Assembly (NCBI GenBank): GCA_046483985.1
Contig: JAWOCD010000004.1
Location: 18,117 to 82,116 of the forward strand
Origin: Promethearchaeia archaeon
GTDB taxonomy: Archaea > Asgardarchaeota > Lokiarchaeia > Sigyniarchaeales > SOKP01
Direction of reading: 5' to 3'
DNA length: 64,000 nt
The position numbers and the translations under genes are program-made. Each line of letters begins with the position of its first letter. Positions within the stretch are counted from its first letter, which is position 1. The notes below the pieces were generated by a model, which saw nothing but the letters and a program-made list of their open reading frames with translations, was not told the origin of the DNA and did no database searches. This document shows positions 57,740 to 64,000 of the stretch, one piece after another.

Positions 57740-58288
57740 ATGAAGGCTATTTTCTTGGATAGAGACGGTACCTTAAACTATGATCCTGGATATGTGCACA
57801 AAGTCAGCGATTTTAAACTCTTAACTGGGGTAATTGAAGGATTGCGACGTTTAAAAGAACAATTTTCCTTCTTTATAATCACAAATCAATCAGGGATTGG
57901 GAAAGGATTTTATACCTATGATGATTTTAAAAAGTTCAATGATCATTTAGTCAATGTGTTAGAAAAAAAAGGAATAAAAATCCAAGAAACCTTTCATTGT
58001 CCTCATACAAAAGAAGAGAACTGTAATTGTCGGAAACCGAAATTAGGATCTATAGAATATTTAACAGAAAAATTTCCAATTAATTTAGAAAAATCTTGGA
58101 TGATTGGTGATCATCCCTCCGATGTTAAATTAGGTGTGGATGCGGGTTGTAGGACCATTTATCTGTTGACTGGACATGGAAAAAAACATAAACACGAATT
58201 AGGAGAGAATTGTATCCAACCTACCTATATTGCCAAAAATTTTTTGGACGCGGTTCAATTTATCAAAAAATCACTTCAGAAAGCTTAA
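57740..58288 (+). CDS. gmhB: HAD-IIIA phosphatase (GmhB/HisB-like)
   Basis: FLDRDGT, TNQSGIG, CPH....C.CRKP, MIGD...D. Confidence 0.8.
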   Translation: MKAIFLDRDGTLNYDPGYVHKVSDFKLLTGVIEGLRRLKEQFSFFIITNQSGIGKGFYTYDDFKKFNDHLVNVLEKKGIKIQETFHCPHTKEENCNCRKPKLGSIEYLTEKFPINLEKSWMIGDHPSDVKLGVDAGCRTIYLLTGHGKKHKHELGENCIQPTYIAKNFLDAVQFIKKSLQKA

Positions 58289-58505
58289 GTGTTAGCTTGC
58301 GAAAGAGTCTTTATAGAGTTACCAAGCATCCAAGCGGGGGTATCCACAGATAAAGACGTGATCTTTTTATAAATTGGGGGTTTCCGTTATCTCTGAAAAT
58401 GTCTGCAATACCATTTTTTTTGAAGAATAAGAATAATATTCTAATATTAGGTTTACTTGATATATTCACAAAACGTATTAATATAAATTAGGCGGCTGGA
58501 TTATA

Positions 58506-59246
58506 ATGGATTGTAATAATTGTGGAAAATGCTGCATGAATCTTGATGCAATCATGCTCTTACCCTCTGATCTTAGCCAATTGAAAAAGATTGATAATTC
58601 TTTTAAAGAAAAAATAGAGAAAGTTGATGGAATTTTTTATCTTCTTCCCGATGAGGAGCAGACTTGCCCTTACTTTAATAAAAAAACTAAAAAATGCGGA
58701 ATATACAAATGGAGACCGAAAACATGTCGAGCATATCCACTTTCCTATAGAACGCCGGCTATACCCCAAGACCCTTCCGAGGGGTTACAAATCAATCCGC
58801 AGACTCTTTATTTAACCTTATGTGAGTATTTTTGGACACTTAATGACCAAGATTTTAAAGAAGGAGCAAAAGCAATTTACCAGATGAGACAAGAACAATA
58901 TAATTTAGGAATCCTTTCAAACTCCAATCAACCCACAGAAAAAGAGATTAAGATTAGAGAGTTTGAAGAAACATTACAATATGAAAAAAAAGAAAAGAAA
59001 TTTCCCTTTGATTTGTATCTCAAAATGATGGAAAAAAACCAGAATCTTTTTCTTATTTATTTAAAGTTGTTTGATGCATACTTTGATTCGCTTAAAGATC
59101 AGAAACAGGAATATGACGCTTATATTAAGAATTATGTATTAAGATTATATTCTGAACCCGAACTTCTGGAAAAAGCCTTTACAGAACTCAAAAAGAGATG
59201 GAAACAGAATGGGAAAGGAGAACTGGAATTTTCTTTTTCAATATAA
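58506..59246 (+). CDS. YkgJ-family cysteine cluster protein
   Basis: CNNCGKCC, CPYF...C.IY..RP.TCR.YP. Confidence 0.85.
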   Translation: MDCNNCGKCCMNLDAIMLLPSDLSQLKKIDNSFKEKIEKVDGIFYLLPDEEQTCPYFNKKTKKCGIYKWRPKTCRAYPLSYRTPAIPQDPSEGLQINPQTLYLTLCEYFWTLNDQDFKEGAKAIYQMRQEQYNLGILSNSNQPTEKEIKIREFEETLQYEKKEKKFPFDLYLKMMEKNQNLFLIYLKLFDAYFDSLKDQKQEYDAYIKNYVLRLYSEPELLEKAFTELKKRWKQNGKGELEFSFSI

Positions 59247-59256
59247 ATCATTTCTT

Positions 59257-60897
59257 TCAAGAACTATTTCTTCTGGTTTTCCCAGAGTTTTTAAGAGGGA
59301 GTGAAAAAATAAAGGTTGAGCCTTTTTCTTTACCTGCCGATTCTGCCCAAAGTCTACCGCCGTGTGCCTCTATAATTCCCTTGGAAATAAAAAGACTTAA
59401 TCCTGTACCTTTTCCTCGAGGATAACTATCAATATTTAGTCCAAGTTTCTCGAGTTTTTTAAAAATAAATCGTTTTTCTGTTTCGGAAAGACCACGTCCA
59501 TTATCTTTAATTTTAAAAATGAATTTATCTTCCTCCTTTTTTGCAGAAATGATAATGTGCCCTCCTTTTGGAGTAAATTTAATGCTATTGGATAATAAGT
59601 TGGAACAAACTTGAAATATTCGTTCAGAATCAATATTTAATGTCAAATTTTCTTCCAATTGAAGGGTGAGTTCTTGATCTTTTTGAGTTATTAGAATTTG
59701 GAGTTCGTTGATACATGCATTTAATACTTGCTTGAAATTTGTCTTGGTTTTGTTTAATTTGATCGTAGATTCTTCTATTTTCATTACATCTAAAAGTTGA
59801 TTTATAGGTTTTTTTAATCTTTTTACATTTCTCTGAGCAATATGTAAATCATCTATAATCGATTGGTCAATTTTATCCCTATATGCAAGGAGGATATAAT
59901 CGATATATCCATATATTGAGGTAAGAGGTGTTTTTAATTCATGGGCTGTCATGGAGATAAAATTATTCTTAATTTCATCCAGTTTTTTTAATCGAAGGTT
60001 TTTTTCTTCTAAATTTTTCTTGGACTCTTCCAGTTTTTTTGTCCTTTTTTTTACTTTTTCCTCTAATTTTCTATTTAATTCCTGAAGCTCTTTCTTAGAT
60101 TCCATTAATTTTTGTTCTGCCTGTTTTTGTTCTGAGATATCCCGCATAATGCAGTGAAATTTTTTCACTTGACCATTAACCATAACAGGAGATGCAGTCA
60201 CTTCAATGGGAAAGGGTTTTCCCTTTTTAGGTTGATAATAGAGCTCTATCACCCTATGCTGTTTGTCTTTTATAGCTTCCTCAATTATGTTTAAAATTTT
60301 AGTAAGGTCAGATTTTGAGGCAATATACTTTTCTATAGGTTCTCCTATTTCTTGTTCTGGGTCATAACCTCCAAATTCTTTTACTGCCGGACTGCAATAA
60401 AGTAGGGTTCCTTCAAGGGATATAGACATTGTTACATCTTTCTGGTTTTCCGTTAAAAGTTTATACTTTTCCTTTTCTTTTGTCAAACGTTCTTTAATCT
60501 TTTTACGTTCTGTAACATCTCGAATTGAAACAATATATCCAATGAGCTTCCCCTCTTTATCGAAATAATTACTCGCTAGACATTCAACATATATAAATTT
60601 TTTTTCTTTATGGATAAGACGAGTTTCTATCTTTTGTTTTTTGTTTAGATGTTCTTTTTCTATTGCTTTTTGAAACTCATTCTTCCAAAAGGGAATAAGA
60701 CTAGGATGAACAATATTAAAAATATTATCACCTTTCTCAACTTTTACTCCTCCCAATAAGTTAGAAAGTTGAGGAGAAACATATTTAAATTTACCTTCTG
60801 TGCCGATAATAACAATACTATCACGCATATGTTCAATGATGTGCTTAGGTCTTATTAGTTCTTCGTAGTTAGTCATCCGATCCTCATTTCTTTCCAT
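59257..60897 (-). CDS. PAS-domain sensor histidine kinase (HisKA type)
   Basis: Two PAS, HELKTPL, NLLSNSIKFT, DNGRG, GTGLSL. Confidence 0.92.
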   Translation of the reverse strand: MERNEDRMTNYEELIRPKHIIEHMRDSIVIIGTEGKFKYVSPQLSNLLGGVKVEKGDNIFNIVHPSLIPFWKNEFQKAIEKEHLNKKQKIETRLIHKEKKFIYVECLASNYFDKEGKLIGYIVSIRDVTERKKIKERLTKEKEKYKLLTENQKDVTMSISLEGTLLYCSPAVKEFGGYDPEQEIGEPIEKYIASKSDLTKILNIIEEAIKDKQHRVIELYYQPKKGKPFPIEVTASPVMVNGQVKKFHCIMRDISEQKQAEQKLMESKKELQELNRKLEEKVKKRTKKLEESKKNLEEKNLRLKKLDEIKNNFISMTAHELKTPLTSIYGYIDYILLAYRDKIDQSIIDDLHIAQRNVKRLKKPINQLLDVMKIEESTIKLNKTKTNFKQVLNACINELQILITQKDQELTLQLEENLTLNIDSERIFQVCSNLLSNSIKFTPKGGHIIISAKKEEDKFIFKIKDNGRGLSETEKRFIFKKLEKLGLNIDSYPRGKGTGLSLFISKGIIEAHGGRLWAESAGKEKGSTFIFSLPLKNSGKTRRNSS

Positions 60898-60973
60898 ATT
60901 CGATAAATTTTAGATTTCAAAAATATATACAATTAAAAATAAGAGTTTTCAAATAAAAATCTATTTTATTTAT

Positions 60974-61023
60974 CATTAGAGGCAAAGGAATACCCCGTCC
61001 TTTAGGACGTGGATGATTTTGCC
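60974..61023 (+). mobile_element. IS200/IS605 (IS1341-type) left end
   Basis: TTTAT|cattagaGGCAAAggaataccccGTCCtttaGGACgtggatgatTTTGCC, directly upstream of the tnpB remnant. Confidence 0.8.
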
Positions 61024-61085
61024 CTAATCTTAGCCTGAGAACCGCATAAATCAAGAGATTTAAATGATGGAAATACTATATACTA

Positions 61086-61700
61086 TGTATGCTCTGGACT
61101 AATACTAATACTTATGTTGGTCAGAAGTAGTGCAATCTGGAACTTAGCTAATTATTACAGAAGAGAATCTTTTTTCGATAAGGATAAAGAATTTCCATCC
61201 TATATGGAGCAATATCACGACTTAAAACACCACGAACTCTATAAAGAGTTAGTTTCTGCGTATTCTCATTAAATAGTTAGAAAATTGGACAAAATGTGGA
61301 AATCTTTTTGGAACTCGCTCAACTCCAATAATATAAACCACAAGGTATCCATACCGAGTTACTTTAAGAACTACAAGACCGAGTAGCCCTTACCCAAGTT
61401 GTTCATTTATCGAGTCAACTGGTATCGTATTGACAAAGACTACATCTATATTATTCCAAATACTATATAACAGTATTATGAAATTGAATGATGAGCAAAA
61501 GTCTATAGGAATCAGATATATTCCATATATCAAGAACTTCTACATCTATCAAGCTGAGCAAATCAATCCTGCACCGTTTGAAATGGAATTGAATAATATT
61601 TGTTCGATAAATATAGGTATAAAGCGATATCTGAGTGCTAATATCAAGAAAGAACAAGATTTTAACCTTAAATATATAAGGTTACAAAAAAAAAAAGAAT
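61086..61700 (+). pseudogene. tnpB: Degenerate TnpB (IS605 OrfB) N-terminal half
   Basis: SAIWNLANYYRR.SFF...LYKEL...*IVRKLDKMWKSFW...P.YFK with in-frame stops; second frame SINIGIKRY resembles a degenerate RuvC-I (xIDxG). Confidence 0.75.
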
Positions 61701-61710
61701 TAATTATCCA

Positions 61711-63753
61711 TTACCACCCAACTTGAGACCATAACGCCGGATGGTCAGATTGCGGTTCGGTGATGAATCGAGCTTTATTCACTGAAAAGTCTTCTGAGAT
61801 AAATATATGGTCAATACGGTCCGTCATATTTAATCCTAAATCATCAGTGGCATTGGGCCACTTTTCTAACCATGCATCGTCTAGAGTAGAAACTACCTCA
61901 TTATAATAAACGGAATCTTGTCTAAAGTTAAAGTCTCCCAATGCAATAACATTTTCCCTACCTTTAGCGCGTTCTTTGAGAGCATTAACATGAGCTAATT
62001 TGGTTTCTTGACTTCCCGCCGGATGGTTCACAAATACAACACAACTCTTGTCTCCCATTTGAAGCTCCACTTCCGTTGTTCCAATCTCATCCACATCACT
62101 ATATGTAAAGAAGACCTTAGCATCGTTTATTGGATATTTAGAGAGGAGCGCAGTACCGTATGTCCCCGTCACTGTTTTTGGTCCATAATAGGAATAGTAA
62201 AATTCTCCCTCTGCTGATAACTTATTCTGAAAATACCGAACTAAATCCGAATTGCCTCCAGAAATACGAGCTGTATCACATTCTTGTAAGCCAATTATAT
62301 CGGGATCAATTTCTCTTATTAGTTGTAACTGGTTATCGTAGTTCTTTTCCCCAGAGATATTCACTCCTTGTTGAACATTATAGGTAAATACAGTTAAAGT
62401 GTCTGGTGTTTGAGAAGGCGTTTTACTGGGTAATTTCGTTGAGATGAGGACTCCCGTGCTTATTCCTCCAAATAAAATCAAGGAAAAAATAACCATATAA
62501 ATCTTTTTGGTCATTTTAGGAAGCTTTATCTTTAAATTGATGTTCTGCTTTTGGATCACAACAACTGCGCACACAATTATAATTCCAGGACCCAAAAAGG
62601 GAAGCCAAAACAGATTACGAAAGATTAAACTTACCATACCAATATATCCCCAGACATTCGTGAATATTAAGATAAGGGCCATTAAAATAAAAAATAAACC
62701 CCCCAGAGTGAAACTTGTTCCATAAGTAGAGATTTTGGGTCTGAGATTTCTCAATTCTCTAGTAACCAATATGAAATCAACGAAAATGACCGGGGATAAA
62801 ATTAGCATTAAAAACAAGGGAATGGAATAATACCATGGAGAGGGGGAATTAACAAAAACTGGTTCAGCTTCTGGACCAGAAGGAAAAGGGACCGTATGGA
62901 TATAGATTGTGAGAAATAATAAGAAAATAAATGCGGCATTCAACAGTAATAGAGTGATTTTATTAACCTTTTTGAAAAACCCGGTTTTAATTATTAAAAT
63001 TATAAAGCTTACAATTGCGCCAGATAAAATTAATGTAATCGCAATGTAATTCCCTTCTGTCCAACGAGCAATTACCGTAGGACTATTAAGTGCAAAATAA
63101 CTAAGCAATAAAATACCAATTAACCCCAAGATCAAAAGATACACCTTTAATGTCCCTCTGGCAGTTAAATTATTAGGTTTTGTGATTTTTTTTTGTTTTC
63201 TATTACTTTGTAAGGCTCCCAAAAACAGAAGGAAGACTCCCAATCCAGCAAGTCCCCATCCAATTATTTGGAAATTTTTATACATGGAAATATCTACAGT
63301 GGAATTAGAAGCTCGAAATAAAATTAATAACAGTACCGCGAAAGCTAAGGCAACACCAAGGCAAAACGATTTCTCATCACTCCTTTCTTTCTCATTTTGT
63401 CCAGAACTTAAATAAAGGGGAAGAAAAAGCAAAAAGCCAGCAACTCCAATTCCCGAGCTTATGATTTTGTAACTTGGCTTCAATAGTGGGGTTAAAATTC
63501 GGCATATAAATAGAAGCGTGACCAAAATTTCTGGTACTTTTTCAGGTACATCCTTTTTCAAAAAGACAAGTAATATCGGAGAGAAAAAGAATAAGAGGCC
63601 CAAAACCTTTTCATCCAACGCTAAGTTGAGCAAGTCCAACATATAGATGGATTCTACTAGTCTGGTACTCAATTCGATGAAAAATAGAAATGTAATGCTT
63701 AAAACCGCAATTTTTGAATAGATGGATTTGGAAATTTCTATTAAATCAGACAT
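61711..63753 (-). CDS. Multi-TM protein with C-terminal EEP (endonuclease/exonuclease/phosphatase) domain, CWH43/PGAP2IP-like
   Basis: About 13 TM then TYNV, IGLQECDTARI.GGN.D, YGP...TYGTALLSKYPI, GDFN, RIDHIF, SDHP; start set at ATG 63753. Confidence 0.85.
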   Translation of the reverse strand: MSDLIEISKSIYSKIAVLSITFLFFIELSTRLVESIYMLDLLNLALDEKVLGLLFFFSPILLVFLKKDVPEKVPEILVTLLFICRILTPLLKPSYKIISSGIGVAGFLLFLPLYLSSGQNEKERSDEKSFCLGVALAFAVLLLILFRASNSTVDISMYKNFQIIGWGLAGLGVFLLFLGALQSNRKQKKITKPNNLTARGTLKVYLLILGLIGILLLSYFALNSPTVIARWTEGNYIAITLILSGAIVSFIILIIKTGFFKKVNKITLLLLNAAFIFLLFLTIYIHTVPFPSGPEAEPVFVNSPSPWYYSIPLFLMLILSPVIFVDFILVTRELRNLRPKISTYGTSFTLGGLFFILMALILIFTNVWGYIGMVSLIFRNLFWLPFLGPGIIIVCAVVVIQKQNINLKIKLPKMTKKIYMVIFSLILFGGISTGVLISTKLPSKTPSQTPDTLTVFTYNVQQGVNISGEKNYDNQLQLIREIDPDIIGLQECDTARISGGNSDLVRYFQNKLSAEGEFYYSYYGPKTVTGTYGTALLSKYPINDAKVFFTYSDVDEIGTTEVELQMGDKSCVVFVNHPAGSQETKLAHVNALKERAKGRENVIALGDFNFRQDSVYYNEVVSTLDDAWLEKWPNATDDLGLNMTDRIDHIFISEDFSVNKARFITEPQSDHPALWSQVGW

Positions 63754-63844
63754 ATTATAAGAAAGTACAAGCACATATATAACGATTTTTAATATAGGGA
63801 ATGGAATTGAATTCAAACCAAATATAAAAATGTTTGTATAATAT

Positions 63845-63893
63845 ACAAAATTCATCCCCACCCTAAAGGGATGGGGACTTCTTTCGCAGATCG
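63845..63893 (-). mobile_element. Solo IS200/IS605-type left-end hairpin
   Basis: Minus strand TTTAA|cgatctgcgaaagaagtCCCCAtCCCtttaGGGTGGGGatgaattttg. Confidence 0.75.
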
Positions 63894-63910
63894 TTAAAAC
63901 TACAAAATAC

Positions 63911-63957
63911 TTGAACTACCACGCCCTAAAGGGCGGTGTTTTCTTTTGCCGTCTATG
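63911..63957 (-). mobile_element. 47-nt IS200/IS605-derived mini-element, identical to 26345-26391
   Basis: ttgaactaccacgccctaaagggcggtgttttcttttgccgtctatg followed by ATAAA. Confidence 0.85.
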
Positions 63958-64000
63958 ATAAAAATCTACAGATTCCCAAGTACATAAGAAAAAGTTTAAC

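Noticed and set aside
58290-58420. Slightly GC-richer intergenic stretch ending in a T-run; possible ncRNA
   Set aside because: No convincing stem set or known RNA motif found by eye.
63754-63861. 36-codon N-terminal extension of the EEP membrane protein
   Set aside because: Its GTG start lies inside the IS hairpin; ATG 63753 is the more plausible start.
9188-63957. CRISPR array or tRNA interpretation of the repeated GC hairpins
   Set aside because: Copies are dispersed, lack regular spacers and cloverleaf features, and match IS200/IS605 ends.

Overview
AT-rich archaeal chromosomal segment, most consistent with an Asgard archaeon of the Lokiarchaeia. This assignment is an inference from an archaeal uS10 and 7S SRP RNA, GGTGA ribosome-binding sites, several PAS histidine kinases, and longin-like, RING-like, Bud23-like and CWH43-like proteins. 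The window holds about 60 CDS for central, nitrogen and redox metabolism (mtnA, argF, gdhA, guaA, FMN glutamate synthase, a HydABC/Bfu-like plus NfnAB cluster), signalling and transport, plus an SRP RNA gene, a decayed tnpB and a family of IS200/IS605-derived mini-elements. The main observation is a nucleotide-sugar dehydrogenase gene (30202-31599) whose Rossmann GxGYVG motif is interrupted by a 30-nt, stop-containing hairpin (30250-30279). The insert folds into a bulge-helix-bulge splicing motif, and its predicted cut sites restore GMGY|VGIP exactly, making it a candidate tRNA-type (EndA/RtcB) intron in an mRNA. Other highlights: mini-elements that insert at stop codons and rebuild the stop in frame, a BfuA/NuoG-like::NfnA fusion, an unannotated 42-aa metallothionein-like peptide, and a circularly permuted metallophosphoesterase. 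All family assignments come from motif recognition by eye; no searches were run.
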